Source: Callorhinchus milii (lineage: Eukaryota). Taken from it: a stretch of DNA of 64,000 nucleotides. The stretch is taken from the NCBI RefSeq assembly GCF_018977255.1, contig NW_024704743.1, positions 110,300,001 through 110,364,000 of the forward strand, read 5' to 3'. The notes under the pieces were generated by a model. The model made no database searches and was not told the origin of the DNA. It saw only the letters and a program-made list of their open reading frames with translations. This document shows, piece after piece, positions 50,843 to 62,489 of this stretch (position 1 is the first letter of the stretch; each line of letters opens with the position of its first letter). Position numbers and translations under genes: made by a program.

Positions 50843-52910
50843 ACTGGACTAATTCAAGAAACAGTTTTACAACACTAATTAATGTTTTGCAGGAGCCAGA
50901 CATTTTAAGATCTTATCCCTATCGTATGATGAGGCTGTCTTGCCTTTGAGTCAGAAGACTGTGGTTTTCAAAATCTAGCTGATGCTCAAGGAGTCCTGTA
51001 GCTCAGTGGTTAGAGCACTCGCTTTGCAAGTGAGAGAACTGAGTTCAATTCCAGGCAGTTCAGGGCGAAACCTTGGGCAAATTTCCTTACTCCACACAGA
51101 GTCTAATAATAATCCCTCCAAAACAAAACAATAATAAATTGGTCATTTCCAATCCATGACTGTTTGCGGGACATTGCTGTGCGCAATTGGCTGCCGCGTT
51201 CGCCCACAAATATACAGTCAATTCACTTTACAGTGTGTTCTGTGAAGCGCTTTGGGACGTCCTCCCGACGTGAAAAGCGCTATATCAAATGCAAGGATTA
51301 TTATTATTATTATTATTATTAAGTGTGGTGCTGAGGAAATATAGGAAAACAGGAAAGAGGAGGCAATTCAGTCTATTGATCCTCTTCCACCAGTTCTTTA
51401 GGAAAGGAGTTAAAACAACCTTTTGAAGGGATTATTTTGATTATCATTATTATTATTCCCCTCCCCTTTCTTGATGAGCAATCAATACCACTGGAGCCAG
51501 CCCAAGTCACCTTTTTCAAATAATATTAATAATAATAATACTTGCATTTGATATAGTGCTTTTCATGTCTTCTCGACGTCTCAAAGCACTTCACAGAATA
51601 GACTGTAAAGTGAATTGACCGTATATTTGTGGGCGAAATAAAGGAGAACTCTGCAGTAAAATGGGTTCACTTCTGTGTTTTTCATTGAGTCCATGAAAAG
51701 GCAAAATTGAAATCCCCAAAGGATCAAAGCACAGTAATATTCGCTTTGAGATTTGCATTTCATTTCAGCGAAAAATTGCATTTAGCAGGATGATGGCTTT
51801 GTTATATAAAGTGTCGTTTTACATTTTTTTTAGCCTTATCATTTTAGTTTCTGAAGTCCAAATGAAACTGGTATTTAAATGGAATGTGCCCGGGTGCATT
51901 GCACAGTTAAGACTCTAAGTCAAGAGTCAGACTTAAGTATAATGCGGCATCCGTGGGTGTCAACTTGGGGCTTTCATCTCAGTTTGACAAAGGTCTGGCT
52001 ACATTAAGCCGCAGATCTGAGGGTTAAAAATAAGTAAGCGTTGTATGGATTTAATTGCTCTCTTCGATTTAATGCAATTCGCTGCCGCGTTTCGTCCACA
52101 AATAGATCCATCAAGTCACTTTACAGTATATTCCGTGAAGCGCTTTGAGACGCCTAGAAGACATGGAAAGCGCTATATTAAACGCAAGGATTATTATTAT
52201 TATTATTATTATTAAAAGCAAAATAATTTCTCGGCAAAGAGGATATGCCAGTACTGTGAACTTCCAACCTATCTACAGATTCTCCCTCTCACCACAAGTA
52301 CATTTTTCACTCGTCATGAAAGGATGTTGCCTCAAGTTGAGTGCCGGTTTGGCTTGGTCTATAGTGCTCTCTTGCCTTGGGTTTAGAGCTCACAGGTTCA
52401 AGCCCCCGTGAGCTCTAAACCCATGAGTGATCCATTACGGTGGTGGGGGACCTAAGTTTCAAATCAGAACCAAGACCTGAGGTCAGGAAGCATTTCTTTG
52501 TGAAGTTATGGAGACAGAAACAACATGGATGTTTAAAAGAGAGATAGATGGGAGAGACTTGGGTATTAAGCACTCTGGGATGCTACCCTGCGTGAGGGGC
52601 GCTATTTAAATGCAAGTTATTGTTGTATAAAGGAATATGGGGAAAGGGAATTGAGATTAAAAGATCTTCCAAGATGTAATGAATTGGTGGATCAGGGTCA
52701 ATGGACTGAATGGCCTCCTCCTTTTCCTGTTTTCCTATGTTTCCTCAGCAACACACTTGAGCATCAGCCTAGATTTTGCGCCTTAAAACCACAATCTTCT
52801 GACTCAAAGGAAAGACAGCCTCATTATACGATAATGTTAAGATTTTAAAATGTCTGGCTCCTTCAGAACATTAAGCACTGTTGTAAAACTGTTTCTTGAA
52901 TTAGTCCAGT
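50843..52910. repeat. Inverted duplication: left arm 50843-50990 plus 51321-51396, right arm 52681-52910
   Basis: 50843-50874 is the exact reverse complement of 52879-52910 (32 bp), and similarity continues over ~230 bp. Confidence 0.9.
50990..51320 (+). mobile_element. SINE family B, short variant, with an L2-identical terminal stem-loop
   Basis: Full head and a tail GCGCTTTGGGACGTCCTCCCGACGTGAAAAGCGC followed by (ATT)n. AAG is repeated at both ends. Confidence 0.88.
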
Positions 52911-55081
52911 GAACCATCCTTCCAGGTAAACTATTTTCTCTATATTATTGGAGGTGTTGTCCTTTGGATGAGATCCCATTTGATCTCCCAAAGTGACAAA
53001 GTGAGATCAAACGCAATCTCATCCAAAGGACCTAAGGTAACAACACTAGAGGTAATATTGTCGGAGATGCCATCCTTCGGATGATATGTTAAATCAAGGT
53101 GTTGTCTGCCTGTTCAGCGAGAGGTTAAAGACACCTTGACACTATTCAAAGAGACAAGGGAATTTCTCCAGTATCCTGGTTGACAATTCCCCAGATAAAA
53201 TTGCTCAATCACATCCTGGCTGTTTGTGAGACACCTATGTGCACAAATTGGCAACCGCTTTCATCCACATAACACACAGACACTATCAGCAATGCCTAGA
53301 GACATTACTATGCCACAGGCGTGAAATCGAACGCAACAATTATGACTATATAGCCACTATATAACCATCCCAGGGGTGTGGGCGAGTGTTCAGGTCTGTC
53401 TAACAATAGTTTCAGAGGGCATTGCTCACTATTTATTTTATTTCATTGACTTGCAAATCCAGGCCATGCAATCCATTCCTCCGGCTCGGTCTCGCTCGCA
53501 AGCTCTAGCCGCTAACTCCTTTCCGCGGAGCCTGGCGATGTAAAACTAAGAGGAGCCCCGGCGTTTCCTTTTCATTTCGCGCAGCATTTTGATGCATTTA
53601 CAGCCAAAGTGACTGATTCCTCCTGTTCCCAGTTCAGGTTGTGTTTCCCCGTCCATCTTACAGCTACATCTATCAGTCACTGAACTGTGCCTGTAAGAGA
53701 TGCATTAGCTGACGCTTATTGGATTCCAAGTGTGCATCTGCCTGATGGATTTCAATGGGATTTTATTTTATTATTCTTGCTGTTGTTGTTTTTCTTTGTC
53801 AGCTCATTTTCGTACAGGTAATGGATCACACCATAGGAAAAATAAACACAATTAGTTTGTGAGAGAGGGAGTTCGTCTTAATCCTTCAGAAGCAAGACAG
53901 GACCTTGATATTTTAAAACCCGGACTCTACTCCAAGCACATTACATGCTGAACTGTGTTACTCATCAGGAAGCTCGGAGGGATTTCCTGCTACCCTCCAT
54001 CCACCTAGTGAGGGCTCAAACTAGTAACTTGTAACTATTCTCCTTGGTGGTGGTGGATAGTAAGCAGAGTCTCCTTGTTGGTTCCAAGGTGATGTGCTTG
54101 GTAGCGCAATGTCGGAATACAATCAACTCTGTGGTGGTCTCGGTAGTTTGGTTCCTGAGCCAGGCGAGTCTGCCGCACTCCAGGACACTGCTGATGACAA
54201 CTCTGTCAGAGTTGCTCATCGATACAGGACTTAGAGAGGCAAACAAGTTAGTGGAGCAGGGATTTTTAAGCCTTAATACATATGGTAGTTTTACCTTGAC
54301 AAGCAGCGGGAAGCTTGCCAGACACTGGTCAAAATGGCAAGCTAAGCGCTTTTAGATAGTTAAACTCCAGCAGTACCTAAACCACACCCTGGGATCCAAT
54401 GTGGAAACTAGAGCCTCACAACTTTCTGACTCAAGAGGTGAGAGTGCCACTGACTGAGCCAGCCTGCCAGCTGTTCCTTGCACTAATTATCACAACGAAC
54501 AGATTAAGGAATGCTGTAAATGTTATCCCTATCTCTTCAATCTCCATTCTTGCGAGATTGTGCTCTGTGGGCTTGGTAACTGTTTATCTTTGATATTCTT
54601 CGCTTTGGAAATGAGAAAAGAGAACAGTGCAGTGTCATAATGAAACTGACACTTCAAGTGACAGCAGTACTGAACCTCAGAAATTTTTCCAATCACAAAA
54701 TATAATCTTCCGGGAGCACAAGACTGACAGCAGAACAGAGAAAACTCATTAAAGACATCTTTCGGGAAAAAGAGAAAAAGGTCAGGTACATCTTGAAAAC
54801 TGAACTGGATGGTCCATTGCAAACAATTTCTTTGGAATCAAGGTCTATCGTATGTGAGAAGGACAGGAAGGAGGGAGTTCCAGAGGTTAGGATGTTCCAG
54901 AGGTTAGGGGTGCAGTTGTGAGTTTCAGCCTCTGATGTTGACTCAAATAAGCCTGAGTTAACCGAACGATGTGGGTGGGAGATGGTGAGCAGAGGACGGG
55001 CGTAAGAATACATCACAGGGAGCGGGAGCTGCTAAGGAATAAAGGGATTTATAGGTGAGGTGACCACTCTGCAGGAGTGAC

Positions 55082-55098
55082 TGCTGCCACCTAATGGC
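55082..55098 (-). promoter_or_regulatory. Possible CTCF site
   Basis: The reverse complement GCCATTAGGTGGCAGCA matches the CCASYAGRKGGCRS core with one mismatch. This is a motif match only. Confidence 0.3.
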
Positions 55099-55262
55099 TG
55101 GTTTAGTGTTTAACATTAAATATTGCAAAACTCTGATTACCCTCTAGTCTATCAGAATGGTCATTGGCAGTGTGTGGCAGGCCACTCAGTTGTGGAGGGC
55201 ACCACCGTCTAGAGAACCTAATGTCTCTTCACTTGTCTGGCACACACACATACATACGCGCG

Positions 55263-55715
55263 CAGGGGTAGCACTCTCGCCTCTGAGTCTGAAGATTGTG
55301 GGTTCAAGCCCCACGACGGGACTTGGAGTCTCATAGTCTTAGGAGGACACTCCAATGCAGTGTGGGGAGATGTTGCATTGTTGGAGGTTCCATCCTTTGG
55401 ATGAAACATTAAACCAAGGTCCCAATCCTCCTGTTTAGCTGGATGTTAAAGATCTCATTGCCTTATTCGAAAAGGGAAAGGAGTTTCTCCCAGTGGCCTG
55501 GCCAACAATCCCTCCAAAATAAAAATTGGTCACTCACTCCATGGCTGTTTGTGAGTCATTGCTGTGTGCAATTGGCTGCCGTGTTTTACCCACAAAATAC
55601 ACAGTCAATCCAGTTCATAATGCATCCTGTGAGGGGCTTTGAGACGTCCCAATGGCACGATAAGGCGCTATATCAAATGCAAGGATTATTATTATTATTG
55701 TTATTATTATTATTA
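55263..55715 (+). mobile_element. Deu-domain SINE, full length (family A)
   Basis: GGTAGCACTCTCGCCTCTGAGTCTGAAGATTGTGGGTTCAAGCCCC head, the Deu core, the shared 3' body and (ATT)n. Confidence 0.85.
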
Positions 55716-57396
55716 CACCATTGATGGTGCCCCAATCTGGATTCCCTTTACAATAACTTACTGCAGTGGCGGCAGAAGCAAACTCGAGTGTTTGTGCCTG
55801 AGCTATAGGGGCTGAATTAAAATTGCTATAGCAGTGCATTTTGCCAAAGAATAAAACTGAGTACAAATAGTTTGACAGATCAGACGTGAGCTGTTGTGTT
55901 ATTATTTGGGCACACAAGTGAAGTTATGAATTTCTTCAACACTATTTGATTTATAACTTTATTATTTAAACAAATTAGGCTCCTCAATTTTTAATTCAAT
56001 ACCCTATTGATCTGTCAGAGTCTACTGCGCTACATTAGTTGTGATTTTTTGATGTATATATCTATATATGTATAACTGTATACTTGATCTAATACCTAAC
56101 CTGCAGCGCATGAATCACCCAGCTGCCACCAATGTTATTAAGCCATAAAAAACGGGGGAAATTTAGGAGGGGGGGAATGATGAGATTAGCAATGCATTGA
56201 CAATGCAGTAAAACTCCAGCTGCGGATGATGTATTGGGACCAACGGAATTACACATTGTGCACAACTTTGTGATGAATAAAAACAAAACTACTTATTTTT
56301 TAAAAATGCACTGGGGTGAAAGTGGCACAGACTTGGTGGGCCAAATGGTTTGCATCTGTGCTAAAAGTTTCTGGGTTAGAAATTCCAAATGGGTCAGGAT
56401 AAACTCTATTTTTGTTATATTGTTAAAAGCATGCATTACTGTGCAGTGCTGCTGGAGGGAGCTGCAATGTTGGAGATGCCATTCTTCAGATGAGACTTTA
56501 AACCGAGATCCCATCTGTGCCAATTTGAATAGTGCTATGGCATCTTTAACACCCACCTGAACAGGATCCTGGGTTTAACAGACTGCACTTCCAACACAAC
56601 AGCGCTCCCCCATCACTGCACTGAGTGTCAGCCTAGACTGTGACTTCAACATCCCAAACCACAAATGTCTTACTCAGAGGCGAGACATTGAGCTAGGCTG
56701 ACACCTTTATATAAAGTGCTATATGAAATATAAAATTGTTATTTATTATCAAGCCAGAATGGCCTATCAGACTAAGATGAAGCGGAATTAGGAGACCTCT
56801 GGAACAGTCACTGCTGAGCAGTGTATTTCCACTCAATCCACTGTACTCAGTGAGTAATGCAAGCCAGTGAAGCTCTTTAACTTAACTTCACTGAAATTGC
56901 ACAAGATCTGGACATGTGGGGACTGGAGCCAAAGCCAAGCACCATTACTCAGCATTTTCATTTAAAGGTTATTTCCAGCCCATTTGAAAGATATAATACA
57001 ATTTGCTGGATATGAAAGAAGTACTGCTCGCAGATGTACATGCAGGATTTCAGATTTCTATCTCCAGTTCTGAGGTCTGAAATTCCTCCAGGGAATTAAT
57101 GTAAAGACCACATGTAGGTAGATGAGATGTTTAAAAACCAAGGTCTCGTACTCTTGTTTGGGCGGATGTTACAGATTTCTTGAACTACCTGTGAAGTACT
57201 TTCAGCACTAATAATAATCCTTGCATTTGATTTAGCGCCTTATCACGACATCAAGATGTCTCAAAGAGCTTCATAGGATTTATTGTAAAGTGGAATGACT
57301 GTGTATTTTGTGGGCGAAACACGGCAGCCAGTTTGCTATGCTCCACAAACAGCCAATGTAGTGATTGAACTATTTTATCTGGAGGATTGCTGGAGG

Positions 57397-57855
57397 ATCA
57401 AATTCAAGATCCTCGTCCTCACCTACAAGGCCATTCATGGCCTTGCAACCCCCTACCTCTCCGACCCCACGTACCTTCCCGTACTCTACGTTCCTCTGGC
57501 TCCGGTCTGCTCCACATCCCCTGCCCTAACCGCCCTACCGTCGGTTGCTGGGCTTTCAGCCTCTCAGCCCCTAGGCTCTGGAACTCCATCCCACAGTGCC
57601 TTCGCCGCTTCCTCCCTTTTCTCCTTCAAGGCAGGTCTCAAGACCTTTCTCTTCAACCATGCCTTTAGCTCCCCTCTCGACTTTCTACCCCCTCCTCGCT
57701 CCCTCCCTTCCCTCCCCTCACCCTGACCATTTCCCCCCTGCTCGGGTCCCGACCCAACTGTCCAGCGCCTTGGGACCTTCCCAACTGTCCAGCGCCTTGG
57801 GACGTCCTCCCAACGTGAAAGGTGCTCTATAAATGCAATTTTGTTGCTGTTATTG
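57397..57855 (+). mobile_element. L2 3' fragment (young lineage) with a 24-bp tandem duplication in the 3' UTR
   Basis: [42 protein letters not shown] occurs twice. Confidence 0.9.
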
Positions 57856-58499
57856 CTAGGCAGAGACACTGGGAGAAACTTCTCCCTTCTCTTTTTTGAA
57901 AGTACTGACAAGGTGCTCGAACCCACAACCTTCTGACTCAGAGTCGAGAGTGCTACCACCTGAGGCAAGTTGATACTTAAATGACGGTTCTGTCTACTAA
58001 AGTTAGCTGTTAGCATTTAATGGAGTTTGCAATCTGTTAGAATGATATAAGATACTGTCACCAGCAGTTATATGTCTCCGACCTTATGTCCTTGGCCTGC
58101 ACTGCCACTTTGTGGTAACAATCATCATATAGTCTTACATAGCTTCCCAACAGCTCAACTGTGTGAATGGTCAGCAGAGTGTATACCCATCAGCACATAA
58201 ACGATGAGCAAGTCCAATTTGTCCCAGGAAAGCTGCCAAAAAGCTATCACGAGGATTTGTGGACTGCAAAGCTCCAGTTAATGAAGCATCTCTTTTGCAA
58301 AAGTGCAGAATCACCAGCAGACAAGGTGGCCTGTCCTGGGATGATAAAGTAACAGCTAAAGAAAAGGAAAACAAGGCCAATATGAAACAGACTGCGGTGA
58401 AGAGGTTCTTCAGACATTTACTGGGATCTGAGCACTCAAAACCCAGCTTGTTCGATTTTGTGGTAATTTATAATAATATTCCTTGTTATCTACATTTGC

Positions 58500-59060
58500 A
58501 TAGATTTACACAGAATCAATGTTGAAACAGGCCTTTTGGGCCCAACTAGTAGGTGCTGGTGTTAGCCTCCACATGAGCCCCAGCCCTCTGAATCCCCTCT
58601 CCCATATTTCATGCTTTAATGCTTTCTGCTTCAACCACAGCTTCTGACAGTGAGTTCCACATTCTTACCATCCTAAGTTTCTCTCTGTTAGTGGCTTTCT
58701 TATATTTATGCTTCCTTTGATATGGACTTGACAACAATTGATATTCACTTTATCAAATGCCTCCTTCCATTTAAACACTTCTACCAAGTCTTCTCTCAAT
58801 CGTCTCATCTCCAGGCAAAAAGCTCTAACCTGTCCAGTATTTCCTGATAGCAGTATCCTCTTATCATTGGTAACGTCCTAGTAAAATCTACACTTCACGT
58901 TCTCCATTGCCACAATATCCTTCTTGCCGTATGGTAACCAGAACTGTCCACAGCAAATGTGACCTAACCAACAACAACGACTTGCGCTCTCCACACAGGG
59001 TAGGGTTTCACAGCGCTTCAAATCAAGGTTTTATACAAATTTTACATTAATTCCTTGCTT
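58500..59060 (-). mobile_element. CR1-clade LINE 3' fragment, degenerate
   Basis: Minus-strand CR1 features (GGACAGTTCTGGTTACC..., TGGAGAACGTGAAGTGTAGATTTTACTAGG) and a CR1-like tail near 58500-58570. Confidence 0.6.
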
Positions 59061-60149
59061 GTGTATTCTATTGTTTTGGATGTAAAGTTCAAGACCTTTT
59101 GCAATATAGCGACTACACAGTTATAATGAAACGTCTTGAAACTCTTCACAGGTATTTGCTGTCATACGCATTTGTTGATATTTGGACTAAGTTTGTAGGC
59201 ATTTGTAGTAAGTTTTCTAAAATCTGTTTATCCAGCAGTAAGTAGGAACCCGTTTTTTAGTCAATTCATGGATCGCTTCCGAAGATAATAATCCCTGAAA
59301 AAAAATGATAATGATTTGGTCACTCAATCATTGACGGTTTATGGAACACTGATGTGCGCAATTGACTGCCGCATTTTACCCACAGAATCAATCTTCTTTT
59401 CAATATATTCTCTGAAAAACTTTGAGATGTCTCAATGACGTGATAGGGTGCTATATCAATTGCAAGGATTGACAATAACAATAGCGCCTTGCGACATCCT
59501 CCCGACGTGAAAGGCGCTACACAAATGTATTTTTGTATTGTATTTTGTAAAATAAGGTCGCACAAATAGCCAAGAAGTGAATGATCAAAAATCCTGCAAA
59601 GCACTTACCTTCGGTAGCCTCTATTCATAGCTCATGCACAACAAGACCTTTCTCTACATTGCTGAGTAGACTTGTGAGGTTGAGTCATTAAGAATCACCT
59701 TCACTTCCTTCTCTTCAGGCTCCATTTCCATATGCTCCTTCAAATTAGTCAAGACATTCCTTAAGTGCTTTCTCGATGAAATCTCAACAGCTGGCTTTTG
59801 GAGCCCTGATTTCAAAACTGACCTCTTCGATCTCTTCTTTCAGGTATGTAACAACCTGATAAGAGCATAGCTGGAAGATCATTGCAGTTTCTTTCTTGGT
59901 AATTATTGGCTATTTTCTTTGTCCAAATCTGTCTCTTTCTGTTCCATTGCACCCTTTCTTTGTCAATGCAGTATATTCCCCTTGTCGCAAATTGGATCCC
60001 AATAGACACATTGTCCATATTGAATCAACAAACAATGCAGATTTGGCACAACATTCCCAAAGTAATAATCTTTGCATTCATCAATTTGCATACAGCAGTG
60101 TCCCACAAAAAGCCATGAATGTCTTAGAGTGCTTTACAGTAATTATTGT

Positions 60150-61725
60150 CATGTGTACTGAACTCCTATCCCTCTGGGCTTCCTCCCACAATGACCTTTC
60201 CTCCTAGGCCATTCTCCTCCACAACTCCCTCTCCATTGCTCTCGATCCCCTTGCTCCCCTCACTTCCCGAACCAACTCGTACTCACAAAAGTCACCCTGG
60301 GTACACCAGCCACCTCTGCTCCATTCCGTACCAAGGTCCTAGAATGATTTGTTGTTTCCCAGCTTCACTCCTTCCTCTCCGGCCACTTGCTGCATGAACC
60401 CCTCCACTCGGGGTTCCGTGCCGCCCACAGCACAGAAACAGCTTTGGTTAAAGTGACAAATGACATTCTGTCCATCTGCAACCAGGGATCCCTCTGCCTC
60501 CTTGGCTTCCTTGACCTCTTTGCTGCCTTTGATACCGTTGACCACTCTATCCTCCTTCACCAACTCTCCTCTCACTTCAACCTTCATGGTTCCGTTCTTG
60601 AATGGGTCAGATCCTACCTTTCACACTGTCTCCACTTTATCTCTACAAGTGGCTTCTCCTCTAGCTCCCGTACCATCTTATACAGTGTTCCTCAGGCTCT
60701 GTCCTTGGTCCCCTCCTCTTCAATATCTATATGCTTCCTCTTTGTAACATCATCCGCAGACATGGGTTCAACTTCTACATGTATGCAGATGACACCCAAC
60801 TCTACCTCTCTGCCTCCATCCTTGACTCCAGGACCACTGCTGTCCTGAAAGAATGTTTGTCAGACATCAAGTCCTGGATGAGAGCTAACTTTCTTCTGAT
60901 AAATATCAACAAGACCGAGGCCCTCCTGATTGGCTCCCGTCAGCGCCTCCAAATCTCAGACACTGACAGCAACACCATTGAATGATCACACTCCAACTTA
61001 CTAAGCCAATCTGGAACCTTGGCATCTTGTTTGACCCTCAGCTATCTTTTCTACCCCACGTTCATGCCATGACCCGCTCTGCCATCCCCCATCTCCACAA
61101 CCTCGCCCAGCAGGCCACCAAAACTCTCATACACGCATTGATTATATCCAGGCTTGACTATGCAAACTCCCTGCTTGTCGGCCTCCCCAACTCCTCCCTC
61201 CATAGGCTGCAGATCATCAGAACTCTGCAACCTGTGTCCTCTCTGGCACCAGGCTCCATGACTCTATCACCCCCATCCTCGCCCATCTCCACTGGCTTCC
61301 CATCATACAGTTTAAGATCCTGGCCCTCACCTTCAATGCTCTCCATGGCCTCGCTCCCCCCTACCTCTGCGAATTCTTAACCCCCTACCAATCTGCCCTC
61401 TCCCTCTGCTCAGCAGGCTCCAGCTTGCTTCACATCACCCTCCTCGCCCGCCCTACCATTGGCTTATAGGCCTTCAGCCACTCTGCCGCCACACTCTGAA
61501 ACTCTATCCCACAGTCCCTCCGCCTCACCCTCTCCCTTGCCTCCTTCAAGACTCATCTGAAGACTCTCCAATGCAACCGTGTCTTTTATCACCCTCCTTT
61601 CCCCCTGCCCTCCACCCTCCCCAATCCCAACCTGCACCTCGGGTCTGAAACACTGTCTATCCAGCACCTTGGGACATCCACCCGATGTGAAAGGCACTAT
61701 AAAAATGTAATTTTGTTGTTGTTGT
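60150..61725 (+). mobile_element. Older L2, RT region to 3' end, frameshifted
   Basis: [37 protein letters not shown] and SRLDYANSLL, with an L2 tail and (TTG)n. Confidence 0.92.
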
Positions 61726-62489
61726 AGTGACTGTATGCCATGGGGCTGAAATAGGCACAGATGAATCAAAAAGATGGCATCTCAGACAAGGTTGGAATAT
61801 TGTCTAAGGTTGGTGATAGGAAGCAGCAGATGAGGGAGGGACACAAGAAATCCTATCCAGATTTATACTTAATTTATTTTCTTAACATTTCAGAGTGGCC
61901 ATAATTTAGAAAATTCTTCAATTTGCAGCTGAGTTTCTGTAATTTCTTTTAAGAATTAAAAAAAAGTCTTGAAAGTTAAAACTCAATTCAACATTTTTTT
62001 CAAATTCTGGACACATCTGAAAGGTAACAAAATAGAGGAAATCTCCCACCACTGTAGCTTTCTTGCCTTTGAAATTGATGGATCGTTCTAATATTATGAC
62101 ATTAAGCAATGTTGTGTATTAGAGAATAATAATAATCCTTGTCTTTTACAACAATATAATATTTCGGTATTTTTCCCAAATAATTTCCCTCACATTCAGG
62201 TTATATAAAACTTCAGATGGTTTAAAAGATTGTAATAATAATAAATAATCCTTGGCTTTGATATAACACCTTTCATGTTGGGCAGATATCTCAAAGCACT
62301 TCACAGAATTTACTGCAAAGTGTAATGCTGTGTATTTTGTTGGTAAATGTAGCAGCCAATTTACCCTAGGCAATATCCAACAAACAACCATAAAGTGAAT
62401 GCCCAATTTGTATCTAAGGGATTGTTGGCTAGAACAACTCCGTTATCTTTTCAAATAGTGCCGTTGAATCTTCAATAGCTACCTGAATA

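Noticed and set aside
54188..54225. CTGATGA plus hairpin, hammerhead-like
   Set aside because: There is no GAAA after the stem and no stem I/III or cleavage triplet.
533..62406. Numerous 60-130 aa ORFs in the ORF track
   Set aside because: They map to SINE/LINE fragments or random non-coding sequence, and no host protein motif was recognised.
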